Part shown: positions 30,053-39,800 of the stretch, one piece after another
Layout: every line of letters starts with the position of its first letter
How positions within the stretch are numbered: position 1 is the first letter of the stretch
NCBI GenBank assembly: GCA_964371245.1
Contig: CAYJKP010000001.1
Location: 507,042 to 571,041, forward strand
Direction: 5' to 3'
Source: an uncultured Gammaproteobacteria bacterium
GTDB taxonomy: Bacteria > Patescibacteriota > Patescibacteriia > JAHIZJ01
Length of the DNA: 64,000 nucleotides
The notes under the pieces: generated by a model
The model's input: only the letters and a program-made list of their open reading frames with translations
The model's database searches: none
What the model was told of the DNA's origin: nothing
Translations under genes and position numbers: made by a program

Positions 30053-30535
30053 CTAAGGGTTGATGATCTCGACGCCCTGGATACTCCCCTCGCCGACCGT
30101 ATACCGGATGGCGACTGGGCCTGGCGGACATCCGGTGACTTGTTCGGCCGCCTGGCGACCGCCGATGATGATCGCATTCGATGGCGCGTTGACCAGGAGT
30201 CTTGAGGCAGCTTCGAAATTGTCTTCGACCCCGGTGAAACACGTCATCGGCACACGATGCCCGCTGGCCAGACGAACCATGTCGTGCTCGGTCCGTCCTT
30301 CGAGATACTCTGGACCTCCGACCACCGGCGTCCAACGACCGACCATGAGTCCGAGCGCCTGAGAGATTTCTCGGAACCGGCGGCCGGTGCCGCAGATAAC
30401 GTGGCTCGGGCTCGATGGCAGTACCGCCTTCAATCGCCTGAGTTCGTAGAGGTCGGGCTCGGTCAATGCCGGATCGCCGCTCGGGCCCACCACAGCGCCG
30501 TGCGTGACGAAGTACACGTTACGGGTCTCGGCCAT
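30053..30535 (-). CDS. degenerate histidine-phosphatase-fold protein
   Basis: YFVTHG...DPALT...VICGTGRR resembles RHG...D.PLT...S...R; strong SD and own promoter TTGACG-17-TACATT. Confidence 0.55.
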   Translation of the reverse strand: MAETRNVYFVTHGAVVGPSGDPALTEPDLYELRRLKAVLPSSPSHVICGTGRRFREISQALGLMVGRWTPVVGGPEYLEGRTEHDMVRLASGHRVPMTCFTGVEDNFEAASRLLVNAPSNAIIIGGRQAAEQVTGCPPGPVAIRYTVGEGSIQGVEIINP

Positions 30536-30609
30536 TCGATCACCCCCTCCCTATTGAATAGCAGCGCCAACACAACTGGATAGACCCTCCATCCAGATTT
30601 CGCGCAGAC

Positions 30610-30677
30610 AATGTACCGTATCATGCGCCCGTCGTCAATGCCTCACTATTGACACTGTCATATTTTCATGCTAATTT
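30610..30677. promoter_or_regulatory. divergent sigma70-type promoters
   Basis: Minus: TTGACG(30638-33)-17-TACATT(30615-10). Plus: TTGACA(30649-54)-17-TAATTT(30672-77) with TG extension. Confidence 0.6.
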
Positions 30678-30820
30678 ATCGCGTGATTCATATGCTCTTT
30701 CTCACCCGAACTCAGTAGTAACCAGGTTGTAACGTGAAGTTACTGCTTGTCGCTATAGAGATCACGGTCTAATAGGCTACCAACGTCTCACCGGAATCCA
30801 AAAGAGGGAGGTTCTTGGGT

Positions 30821-31585
30821 ATGCTAATTCGTTGTCAGGATCACCTGATCATCGTTTCTGAGGAAGGCGGCTCAATCCTGTACTGGCAGTGGGGACCGTA
30901 TGTCATTCTGGGTCCGACCCGGCTGGAGCGGATCGGCGATATTCTGAAGGTTCGCGGCGAATCCCATTGGTGCTTTCCCTATCACGGGACTGCGCCGGCG
31001 GGCAGCCCGTTCGAGGATGATCCGAAACACGGCTATCTGCGCGGCTTGCTCATGAATCCGGAGCGCCACCACAGCGAGCATGTCATTCACTCGGTAGCTT
31101 CGGTGATGAATGAGCTCTGGGACTGTCTCCTGCGCACCGAGGTGATGCTCCTGACCAACGGCCAGCCCGGTGATACGCTCGTTCATGGGCTGAAGTGCGC
31201 CTATCGGCAAGGCCGGTTTCCGCGATTCGCTGATCTGCCTGTCCTGCCGGCAGTTCATCCTTACTTCAGCACGGTCGGCGGGGCGACTGTTTCGATCGGC
31301 GGAAATAAGATCGGCCTGGACTGCGCGCAGCTTGGTCCGTTGCGGATCCCCCGTCGTGACCCGATTGTCGTCGAGCGTCCATTCGGACGGATCACGATGA
31401 TGGTCTCAGGCACCCACGACTGCGACTGGGTCGTGGTCTGGTCTGACCGGCCGGCTGACTATGTCTGCGTCGAGCCGATCTGGGCGGGTGAACCCGGCAC
31501 GTTCGGTACCCCTCAGCAGAAGACGTTCCTGAAGCCCGGCCAGACCATCGCGTGTGAGGTCCGGTACGAATTCGAGCCGAAGTAG
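30821..31585 (+). CDS. aldose-1-epimerase / galactose mutarotase-like protein
   Basis: RGESHWCFP, PKHG, HPYF, VVW and YVCVEP motifs; GGGAGG SD. Confidence 0.7.
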   Translation: MLIRCQDHLIIVSEEGGSILYWQWGPYVILGPTRLERIGDILKVRGESHWCFPYHGTAPAGSPFEDDPKHGYLRGLLMNPERHHSEHVIHSVASVMNELWDCLLRTEVMLLTNGQPGDTLVHGLKCAYRQGRFPRFADLPVLPAVHPYFSTVGGATVSIGGNKIGLDCAQLGPLRIPRRDPIVVERPFGRITMMVSGTHDCDWVVVWSDRPADYVCVEPIWAGEPGTFGTPQQKTFLKPGQTIACEVRYEFEPK

Positions 31586-31722
31586 CCGCACTGGCCGCCC
31601 CGAGGCAATTCACTTCTCCTGCTCCGTTCCTCCCCCGTTGCGTAGTATCCACTATGCCACGGGGTTTTCATTTTATTAAAAAACAAAGAAAATTTTTCTT
31701 TGTTCCTATATATGCTACCATA

Positions 31723-33414
31723 CTACTTACGTAGCTTATCTTCCAGTTCACGCTCCTTCACCCGTTGCTTCGCTTCCGAATCAGCCCGCGCCCAATCATA
31801 TTGATTGTGGTCCACAAATTTCATATGCTCGGCTCGCCAAGCTGAACGCTCTTTTATTTTGTCATGAAGTGCCTGACAGACGCGGCGATAGGCAGGGTGG
31901 CCTTGCGGTCCGGTTCGCAATTCGAGCAAATGATAGGCTTCGCGTTCGTTAAACGCCAAGAGCCAGCGCACTTTTGATCCGTGCAGCGTGGCGTATTGCG
32001 CTTGCGTCGGGAAATCCTTTACTAAAACATTAAAAAGCGCGACTGACTTTTCGTGGCACGCTTGGATTTCTTTCTCAAACCCGGCCGTGACAATGTCCGG
32101 CGGCATGGTAAAGCCCAGCAAGGGTGAAAACTGCTGGCGCAATTGCGAAGTCATCCGATGCCGCATCAGATCCTTATAGACGCCGAAATCCGTGACCAAA
32201 TCAAAGGTGTAGGGATAGCCGGCTTCAAGCGCTCGATACGGCCGGTCGCGCCTGGTTTTCCGTTCGCCGACGTATCCTTGAATAACCCGGTTTTTCTGAT
32301 TATCGGTCATTTTTTCCACGATCTTCAGGATTTGCCGCAATGGCAGCCGGCAATACACATACAGCATCATTGCCAGGGTAACGGTATCAAAACGCTGCTG
32401 GAGGGCGTTTTTTACCTTATCAAGGGTGATATAGCCATCGTGAAGCTTGTGAGCAATGAAATTCTCACCATAATCGAGCATTGACACGTCTTCGTCTGTC
32501 ATCGGTTCAACAGGAGCAAAAAGCTCATCAGCCAGGTTGCGCATCGCCGTATCGTTCGCAGCCTGGTAATCGTTGACTCGAGCTCGGCGCACGTACGCTG
32601 GAATAATTTTTGCTAGTTCGCGGCTGCACGCCTCCCCGACGGTTCGCGCCTCAGGCAGCGGGCTGGAAATAAGGCTGCTGATCAGACTCTGGTAAAATCG
32701 GCCGTTACCGAACCAGCCGACATTTGTTTTCGTGGCCAAGGGCAGAATATACCGCAGGGTGTCGCAGGCGCGCGTCCGGATATCCATGTTGTAGGTGGTT
32801 TTGAACGCTTTCTGATCGGCCGGCTCTGTGAGATCATCATACCGCTGCTTGACCTTTGTCCCCTTGATGTCGTATTCAGCTTGTTTTAACGGTTTCAATT
32901 TCTGATAGAACTTTTTCATTGGCTCAATCAGGTCGCAATAGGTTTGAAAAAGAAAATCCATGGTTTCAACATAGGCCGGGCCGTGCTTCGAAGCAATGAT
33001 TTCCGGCGGACGGTAATACCGGTATTGGCCGTTTTCGTCCTGCTGGTCGTAAAACACATAGCGCGTCGACTGTTCAATCGGCGACCCGCCGATCCGGCAC
33101 TCCTCCAATTCCTTAGTCGCTAAGACTGAAATGTTTTCTGTTGACAAATGCGCGCCTTCCAGCTCGCCCACGGAATCGTCGCCGAACGCGATCAAGACGC
33201 GCTGGATCAATTCCTCGGCGTGGACCGGATCGACCACGCCTTCCTTGATGAATTCCTTGAGCAAGACTTCTCGAAACCCGCCCTTGGCTCGGCTGTAGCG
33301 CGCGTAGGCCGCACCCACCATGCCTTGCATCCCGGTCACGCAAAAAACGTCGCCGGTAGGGTCGGTTACGTATTTCTTGAGCAATTCAATTTCGTCTGGT
33401 TTGAAAAACGCCAT
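31723..33414 (-). CDS. thyX: FAD-dependent thymidylate synthase, tandem two-domain form
   Basis: ARYSR, GDDSVGE, EQSTRY, DLMRHR, ELRTGPQGH. Confidence 0.9.
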   Translation of the reverse strand: MAFFKPDEIELLKKYVTDPTGDVFCVTGMQGMVGAAYARYSRAKGGFREVLLKEFIKEGVVDPVHAEELIQRVLIAFGDDSVGELEGAHLSTENISVLATKELEECRIGGSPIEQSTRYVFYDQQDENGQYRYYRPPEIIASKHGPAYVETMDFLFQTYCDLIEPMKKFYQKLKPLKQAEYDIKGTKVKQRYDDLTEPADQKAFKTTYNMDIRTRACDTLRYILPLATKTNVGWFGNGRFYQSLISSLISSPLPEARTVGEACSRELAKIIPAYVRRARVNDYQAANDTAMRNLADELFAPVEPMTDEDVSMLDYGENFIAHKLHDGYITLDKVKNALQQRFDTVTLAMMLYVYCRLPLRQILKIVEKMTDNQKNRVIQGYVGERKTRRDRPYRALEAGYPYTFDLVTDFGVYKDLMRHRMTSQLRQQFSPLLGFTMPPDIVTAGFEKEIQACHEKSVALFNVLVKDFPTQAQYATLHGSKVRWLLAFNEREAYHLLELRTGPQGHPAYRRVCQALHDKIKERSAWRAEHMKFVDHNQYDWARADSEAKQRVKERELEDKLRK

Positions 33415-33421
33415 CCTGGTG

Positions 33422-33847
33422 TTACCGCCCGGTGCTGCCAAAACGGCCTTGTCCCCGCGCGGTTTCGCTTAATGTTTCGGTTTCAATGATGTCGACTCGC
33501 TCAACTGGCTGGATCAACAATTGGGCGATTTTATCGCCGGTTTTTATCTCGTGAACCTGCTGGCTGGTGTTTAACAGCACAATCACCAATTCGCCGCGAT
33601 AACCCGAATCAAGCACACCGGCCAAGCAATGAATGCCGTGTTTATGCGCCATTCCGCCTTTGTCCCAGATTAACCCGACGTATTTTTCAGAAAATTCAAA
33701 GGCTAAACCAGTAAAAAACGAACGGCGCTCGCCGGGCTGCAAGGAATAATCCTCACAGCTGCAAATGTCCAGTCCGGCATCACCGGGCTGGGCGTATTTC
33801 GGTATAATCGCCGCTGGTTTTAATTTCTTTACTTTCACCTTGGTCAT
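33422..33847 (-). CDS. dut: dUTP diphosphatase (trimeric)
   Basis: DAGLD, GVLDSGYRGE, GDKIAQL, RGQGRFGSTG. Confidence 0.95.
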   Translation of the reverse strand: MTKVKVKKLKPAAIIPKYAQPGDAGLDICSCEDYSLQPGERRSFFTGLAFEFSEKYVGLIWDKGGMAHKHGIHCLAGVLDSGYRGELVIVLLNTSQQVHEIKTGDKIAQLLIQPVERVDIIETETLSETARGQGRFGSTGR

Positions 33848-33884
33848 AACTAGGTATAGTGTATCGGAAAAAACCGGTTTTGGC

Positions 33885-33929
33885 AAAAGAAAAACGGGCA
33901 GGTCACCTCTCAAAAGAGGTCTGCCCGTT
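33885..33929 (-). terminator. intrinsic terminator after the FBP aldolase/phosphatase gene
   Basis: Minus strand AACGGGCAGACCTCT...AGAGGTGACCTGCCCGTT-TTTCTTTT. Confidence 0.75.
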
Positions 33930-33940
33930 GGTGCCGGTTC

Positions 33941-35080
33941 CTAGGAACGCGGCTGAAATCGGGGTAGCAATTGCTCCATGATCTTCTTGATGCCACCGTA
34001 CTCAAGCTCGCCATAGGGCAGCATGGCAGGGCCGAAGAACCCCTGCTGGCGAAGACCGAGGGCCTTCTCCTGGACCTTGCGCCTGACCTCGTCCCAGGCC
34101 GGGTTGCCGAAGACGTCTTCGGCGCTGCGGCTGAACGTTCCGCCCGGCGCGAGGGAGAACGACATCGCCGACACAATCGGTAGACAGTATGGTCCCGTCA
34201 CGGCCGTGTTCTTGGGCACGGGCATGAGCGGCATGACGTGGCTGCCGCGCGCGCCGCCGGCCACGTAATGGCCGATCACCCAGGGCATGACCACCTCTTC
34301 CAGCGCCGGGAAGATCCCCTGGATGCGCACGATCGCCACCGGATCGTCCTTGCCGGTGTACCGGCCGGCGATGTTGTGCAGGCGCTGGGCCGAAACGGCA
34401 ACGGCCTGCTGCTTCGGAAACGCGCGGGAGTAGATCGCATCGATCGCGAACCGCTCATTGTCACGCAGCAGCGCGGCGATCGCATACAGATCTTCCGGCG
34501 CCTGGAGCGTGATGAGTGAATCGTGATCAGCCTGATCCATGTCGATGATCTGGAACGTGTAGCCCTGGCTCTGCCGGTCGGAGAGGATGAGTCCGCTCGA
34601 GTACATCGGATCGGCGAAGGCCAAATAGAACGGAAGGTTGTACGCGCCGGGGCCGCACTTGTCGGCCGCGAACACGACGAACGACTCGGCCGGACGACAG
34701 GTGCCAGCCGCCGTCGGGTCATGTTCGAATGTCAGCTCGGCCACGGCCGGTCCGGCACCGCGCAGATTGCCGGAGGGCGCGTCGACCAGAAGGTCCTGGC
34801 CAGCTGCATAGAGACCGCGCTTCTGGGCGTTACGCGTTGCCCCCAGAAACGCGTGGTGAACCAGTTCGAGGTGCACCACCTGGCTCAGCGGCCCGTGCAG
34901 ATGGGCCAGCACGCAGTTGATGTCATCCCCGGTGAACATAGTCAGTCCATCGAGAATTGTCTTGCGGCTGACCGCCTCCCGCACTGCGCTCTGGACGGTG
35001 GCCATCATTTCCGATGATGGCCGCGTATGTCCACCGATTGATCCAACGTCCGCCTTGAGACAAGAAAGAGTGACCTTCAT
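33941..35080 (-). CDS. fbp: bifunctional fructose-1,6-bisphosphate aldolase/phosphatase (class V FBPase)
   Basis: KADVGSIGGH, GDDI, GQDLLVDA..GNLRG.GP, ADKC.PGAYN, YTGKDDP, RGSH; start trimmed to ATG 35080 after AGGAGGTGA. Confidence 0.93.
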   Translation of the reverse strand: MKVTLSCLKADVGSIGGHTRPSSEMMATVQSAVREAVSRKTILDGLTMFTGDDINCVLAHLHGPLSQVVHLELVHHAFLGATRNAQKRGLYAAGQDLLVDAPSGNLRGAGPAVAELTFEHDPTAAGTCRPAESFVVFAADKCGPGAYNLPFYLAFADPMYSSGLILSDRQSQGYTFQIIDMDQADHDSLITLQAPEDLYAIAALLRDNERFAIDAIYSRAFPKQQAVAVSAQRLHNIAGRYTGKDDPVAIVRIQGIFPALEEVVMPWVIGHYVAGGARGSHVMPLMPVPKNTAVTGPYCLPIVSAMSFSLAPGGTFSRSAEDVFGNPAWDEVRRKVQEKALGLRQQGFFGPAMLPYGELEYGGIKKIMEQLLPRFQPRS

Positions 35081-35207
35081 GAGAGTCACCTCCTCTGTCG
35101 TGGGCCGAGAAGCAAAATAACACACAACCCTTCTCTGAGGGTTTCGCTGCTATCTTACATGATTTTTGAAAATAAAAAAGAGGCAGGGTGTGAATAACTT
35201 TTTTCTG

Positions 35208-35723
35208 TTATTCGGCTGCCAAGTTCTTGTAGAGCGAGTGGACTTCTTCGCTAAAACAAGCGATTATTACTCTCTTTATGCTCGTATGTTTTTGAATGAA
35301 TTGACGAATCTCTCGCAGGGCAATCGGCGCCGCTATATCGACTGGAAATCGGTATGCTCCCGTGCTGATTGACGGAAAGGCGATCGTCTTCACTCCATTT
35401 TCCACGGCGAGTGTAAGTGAATTACGGTAGCACGAGGCTAATTGGTCTGCTTCGCCGCGCGTCCCGCCAGTCCAGACCGGCCCGACCGTATGGATGATGA
35501 ATTTCGCCGGCAATTTATAGCCTTTGGTAATTTTCGCTTCGCCAGTCGGACAGCCGCCGATTTTTTCGCATTCCTTCAATAGCTCTGGTCCGGCTGCCCG
35601 GTGGATCGCTCCATCCACTCCCCCGCCTCCCAACAAACTTGAGTTGGCTGCATTGACGATCGCATCAACATGAAGCGTGGTGATGTCGGCTTTAATAATT
35701 TCAATCCGTCTATTTGCCATCAT
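35208..35723 (-). CDS. macrodomain protein (O-acetyl-ADP-ribose deacetylase, YmdB-like)
   Basis: [36 protein letters not shown]. Confidence 0.95.
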   Translation of the reverse strand: MMANRRIEIIKADITTLHVDAIVNAANSSLLGGGGVDGAIHRAAGPELLKECEKIGGCPTGEAKITKGYKLPAKFIIHTVGPVWTGGTRGEADQLASCYRNSLTLAVENGVKTIAFPSISTGAYRFPVDIAAPIALREIRQFIQKHTSIKRVIIACFSEEVHSLYKNLAAE

Positions 35724-37228
35724 TATCGTATTTTCCTGACTAAGCCGTTCGCCGCGTCAATTTCAACCAGATCGCCGTCTTTTAAAACCCGCATGGCCAT
35801 GCGCGTTCCGACCACACAGGGTATTTTCAGCTCCCGGGCAATGATCGCCGCATGCGACGTCAGCCCGCCCTCATCGGTCACAATCGCTCCGGCTTTGTGC
35901 ATGTAGGGAACGAAATCAGGCCGCGTCATGTAGGTCAGCAGTATCTCCCCCGGCCGCAGATTCTTGCCATGCTTTGACGGCGTTTCGATTTTGCGAATAA
36001 TGCCACGCAGGACGCCTGGCGATGCACCGATGCCATGCAAAACCGTCGTGTTGGCCGGCACATTCATACCCGAAATCCGTTTCCAGATTCGCTCATACTG
36101 CTGTCCGCTGACCATGCCCTCGGCACCGTTCGTAAACGCATAATAGAGACAACCGTTTTTTCGGCGTTTCAATTCCGCGCTGGCCACACGTCTTCCTCGG
36201 TAGACGGCAAAGAGTTCATCCGGCGTGAGGTGCCAGATTTCTGTCCTGGTATAACCGAGCTGCTTGGCAAATACACTGATAAATTTCTGGCACCAATAGT
36301 TGGCGATCAGGTTAGCCTGTTTCCGCTCATCTTGCCAATGTCCGGCAAATCCGATCGAGCGCAGAATTTTTATTTCGGTCGTCGTTAGCCGCGTGTGGTT
36401 TTTTGCTTTCCGTTGTAGCGTGATCGTATGTTTTTGGTAGCGTTGTAATTCGCGCGCCCGCTGACGCAAAGCAGTACGTGGACGGGCAATGTAGGACCGC
36501 AGTTTTTGAAAAAAATGATCATTGGTTAATGGCACAGTGTTGCGATAATCAAAATAGATCCAAAAAAACTTTCGCTGAATATGCTCAAGCGCTCGATACT
36601 GTTTCGGCCATTGTTTTCGAAATTCATCCATTTTCCTCGGCAGCCGCTTCCCTTCCAATCCCAGCGCCAGTTCGAGCAGAGGCAGCTCGGCGCGTTGAAG
36701 AAATGATGGTTTCGGCGCGCGGGTAAAGATAACGATGTCGGAATCCAGTTGCTTGTACTCGGCGTAGCGCCGTTTTAGTTGCCGTACGAATTTATCCCCG
36801 CCCAGCGAATAATATTCAGTAATCAGCGGGAGGCTATATTCTCGAAGGTAAATATGATAAAAGCGCCGAAATTCTTTCGACGGCTGTTTTGTAATATCAA
36901 GGCGCTCCAACCGGCTGATTTCGCGGTAAAATTCCCGTTTGCGCTCCAACCAGCACCGGTAGACGCGCTGGACGTATTCGGGCTGTCGGAAGCACCAATA
37001 CCCTTTATCTTCAAATTCCTGCTCGTCGTAGATCCAATACGATTTCAGACCGTTCTGCGTGGAAACAACGGCGATTTTCTCAGCGCCCAATTTCGGAAAT
37101 TGCCGGCGGAGCACGGAGGTGATCGCCTGTCCGGGAATGATCGCCGTGAACGGCACGAAGACCCCGCCCTGGATCACCCAGTGCGTGGTACCGGAAAATA
37201 ATTTCTTTTCGGCCGCGGCAATATTCAT
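35723..37228 (-). CDS. PEP-utiliser phosphohistidine-domain protein, array member A (501 aa)
   Basis: C-terminal [34 protein letters not shown]; start trimmed to the ATGA overlap at 37228. Confidence 0.88.
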   Translation of the reverse strand: MNIAAAEKKLFSGTTHWVIQGGVFVPFTAIIPGQAITSVLRRQFPKLGAEKIAVVSTQNGLKSYWIYDEQEFEDKGYWCFRQPEYVQRVYRCWLERKREFYREISRLERLDITKQPSKEFRRFYHIYLREYSLPLITEYYSLGGDKFVRQLKRRYAEYKQLDSDIVIFTRAPKPSFLQRAELPLLELALGLEGKRLPRKMDEFRKQWPKQYRALEHIQRKFFWIYFDYRNTVPLTNDHFFQKLRSYIARPRTALRQRARELQRYQKHTITLQRKAKNHTRLTTTEIKILRSIGFAGHWQDERKQANLIANYWCQKFISVFAKQLGYTRTEIWHLTPDELFAVYRGRRVASAELKRRKNGCLYYAFTNGAEGMVSGQQYERIWKRISGMNVPANTTVLHGIGASPGVLRGIIRKIETPSKHGKNLRPGEILLTYMTRPDFVPYMHKAGAIVTDEGGLTSHAAIIARELKIPCVVGTRMAMRVLKDGDLVEIDAANGLVRKIR

Positions 37229-38250
37229 ACTTTTGTAATGATACCACGATTGGCGTCCACTTTGATCCGATCGCCGGTTTGTAAAACCTGCGTCGCTACT
37301 TTTGCCCCGATAATGCACGGGATTCGGAGCTCGCGCGACACGATCGCCGCATGGCAGGTTATTCCTCCTTCATCGGTAACGATCGCCGATGATTTTTTCA
37401 TGGCGCCAAGATAGCGTGGATCCGTCATCGGCGTTATAAGTATTTCTCCATTCTTTATCGAGCGCAGATCGCGCGGATGCAATATTATCCGCGCTTGTCC
37501 AAATACTTTACCACCATAGGCGCATTGTCCTGTTATCATGCTGGCATCGATAGTTCGTTCAATTTCTTGATATAATTCCTTAATTTTCTTTCTGGCATTG
37601 ATACCGGTTAACACCTTTTTCTTATTTCGACCATATATGACGCATGATTGTTTCCGACGTTTCTGAATATTTGTCGGCAATGTACCCGTAGCCAAATACC
37701 GATAATATTCTACGTCAATTAGGTATCGCAAGGTATCTTTTCCGAGCCCCCGTTCTTTCTCAAAACGCGCGAGCAACGTCGCGTGATGGCTGATCCCAAT
37801 TTTATGGACCAGCTCGTATTTTCTCCTTGTCCGCATCAGCGTTTGTAGCAGGGCCGCGCTGCATCGTTCTCTCAAGCGCGGCACGTAAGCGGCCACAAAA
37901 ATAATGTCAGTAAATTTGCGGATAAATTCTTCTGACTCCTTTAAGGCAGCGAGCGTGTTACCATGTTTTCCTCTGACGAAATTCTGAAAAGACATGCGCT
38001 CGCGTTCCCGTGCCGTAATAAGTTTGTTCAGATTATTTAAAGAATGATTTTTCAGCCAGCCAAGAGCATATCCGCGATAATCTGTTTCTGCCAGCCAGTG
38101 ATTGAACACGCCATTCTCAACGGTTACGTACATCGTATGCGGGACATAATGAAAATACCGGCACAACCGCTGAGACAATAATTCATCCATGACAAAGGTG
38201 GTGGCTAGGACTGTATATGACCGACGATGTTTTTCATAACGCACGCTCAT
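37225..38250 (-). CDS. PEP-utiliser phosphohistidine-domain protein, array member B (341 aa)
   Basis: TDEGGITCHAAIVSRELRIPCIIG. Confidence 0.88.
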   Translation of the reverse strand: MSVRYEKHRRSYTVLATTFVMDELLSQRLCRYFHYVPHTMYVTVENGVFNHWLAETDYRGYALGWLKNHSLNNLNKLITARERERMSFQNFVRGKHGNTLAALKESEEFIRKFTDIIFVAAYVPRLRERCSAALLQTLMRTRRKYELVHKIGISHHATLLARFEKERGLGKDTLRYLIDVEYYRYLATGTLPTNIQKRRKQSCVIYGRNKKKVLTGINARKKIKELYQEIERTIDASMITGQCAYGGKVFGQARIILHPRDLRSIKNGEILITPMTDPRYLGAMKKSSAIVTDEGGITCHAAIVSRELRIPCIIGAKVATQVLQTGDRIKVDANRGIITKV

Positions 38251-38263
38251 TATATTCCGACAA

Positions 38264-39712
38264 TTATCGTTTTATGATATTGCCCTTATTCGCATCCACC
38301 TCCACTCTGTCACCGTCTTTTAAAACGTGCGTTGCCGTTTGTGTCCCGATAACGCACGGAATGTTCAATTCGCGCGAGATGATCGCCGCATGACAGGTCA
38401 AGCCACCCTCATCGGTCACAATAGCCGCGGCGCGTTTCAATAACGGAACGTATTCCGGCCGGGTCATATGGGCGACGATGATATCGCCGGTTTTAAACTT
38501 TTTAAAATCCGCCTTCGTTTCAACGATTTTTACGCGGCCAATGACTGACCCTGCGTTTGCGATCGTGCCGTGGATAGCCTTTCCCTTATCGCTCTGGGTC
38601 ATGACATGGTACAGCTGCTTTGCTTCGCGTCCGTACAGCCAGCCGCATTTCTGGTCTGCGGTACAGAGGAAGGCACTGAAAGCCAGCCTCTTTTTCAGCG
38701 TCTGTTTTTGCGCCGATGTCAGACGCCAGCCCGTCAGATCGATTGGCGTTACCATGCCGGCTAGCTGCTGAGTAATATGGTTTTCTTTGGCTAACCGTTT
38801 GAGTATTTGGAACAGATGCGCGTTGGTAATATTTGTCGCGTATTTTTTGCGTTCATCGCGCCAGTCGCTCATTTGCCGAAAAAGATAGAAGACGTTGTCT
38901 AATTTCTTTGGTACGTGTTTCGCTTTCAAGATTTTCTGTATCTGCCGACGATTTTTCCTAATTGTACGGTTAATCTTTACCAGTTCAGTCTTCAAGGATT
39001 TCAATTTTTTTACGTCTTTTTGTATTATATGGTAGAAATATCGATCATCTAAAATATGCACATATGCCCAATTATTTTTGTACCAGCTGAATTTTTGACG
39101 ATGTCGTTTTACCCCCTGGGTAATGTCGCGATCAGTTGCCAACCGTTTCACGAGTTGCAGTCGTGATTCCAGTTCCTCCTGGACGAAACTCAATTTTGTC
39201 GGCGCAATCAGTGTTTGAATTTCTTTTGCGGATAAATTGCATTTTGCCAGCGTAATTTCTTGTTGAAGCGCCTTTTCCCCGTCGGGATCAGACCATTCGA
39301 TTAACACGGCGGTGATCCAGTGCGCCAAAACGTTTTTCATATGCCACGCTAAAAAACTCCGCAGCTCTGCGTCAGACCATGATGATATCGGCTTTTGGAA
39401 GCGTCTTTGATATTCGATTAAAACCCGCTGCATCTGTTCGCGCCATAATGCGATCCGGCGATCAATCGTTGCGCTATCCCGTTTTTGCCGTTGTATTACC
39501 TGCCAAAGCAAACGATATTCCTTCTCCCGATCAAAATACGCAATATTACGATCGCCGCATTGAAAATAAATATTTCGGTCATACCCCAATGTTTCATTCA
39601 TCGAGAGATACGGGGTAAAACCGTAGAATAGCCAAATCGCACCGCCTTGTTTATACCAGCGCCGTTTCGTAATTGTCCTGATGTTCGGTTTGATCTTGCT
39701 AATAATCTTCAT
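38264..39712 (-). CDS. PEP-utiliser phosphohistidine-domain protein, array member C (482 aa)
   Basis: TDEGGLTCHAAIISRELNIPCVIG. Confidence 0.88.
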   Translation of the reverse strand: MKIISKIKPNIRTITKRRWYKQGGAIWLFYGFTPYLSMNETLGYDRNIYFQCGDRNIAYFDREKEYRLLWQVIQRQKRDSATIDRRIALWREQMQRVLIEYQRRFQKPISSWSDAELRSFLAWHMKNVLAHWITAVLIEWSDPDGEKALQQEITLAKCNLSAKEIQTLIAPTKLSFVQEELESRLQLVKRLATDRDITQGVKRHRQKFSWYKNNWAYVHILDDRYFYHIIQKDVKKLKSLKTELVKINRTIRKNRRQIQKILKAKHVPKKLDNVFYLFRQMSDWRDERKKYATNITNAHLFQILKRLAKENHITQQLAGMVTPIDLTGWRLTSAQKQTLKKRLAFSAFLCTADQKCGWLYGREAKQLYHVMTQSDKGKAIHGTIANAGSVIGRVKIVETKADFKKFKTGDIIVAHMTRPEYVPLLKRAAAIVTDEGGLTCHAAIISRELNIPCVIGTQTATHVLKDGDRVEVDANKGNIIKR

Positions 39713-39800
39713 ATCTTCCTCACAATCCCCTTAGTAGCATCAACTACCACCCGATCGCCGTCTTTGAAAACCTTTGTGGCGAACTTTGTCCCGACAATGC
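39709..39800. repeat. 92-bp direct repeat, copy 1 (3' end of member D)
   Basis: 87/92 identical to 40791-40882 by manual alignment. Confidence 0.95.

Noticed and set aside
15380-30785. Identical 12-mer TAGGCTACCAAC in the thrS leader and in the leader near 30773-30784
   Set aside because: Many chance 12-mer repeats are expected in 64 kb, and the second copy lacks the closing stem.
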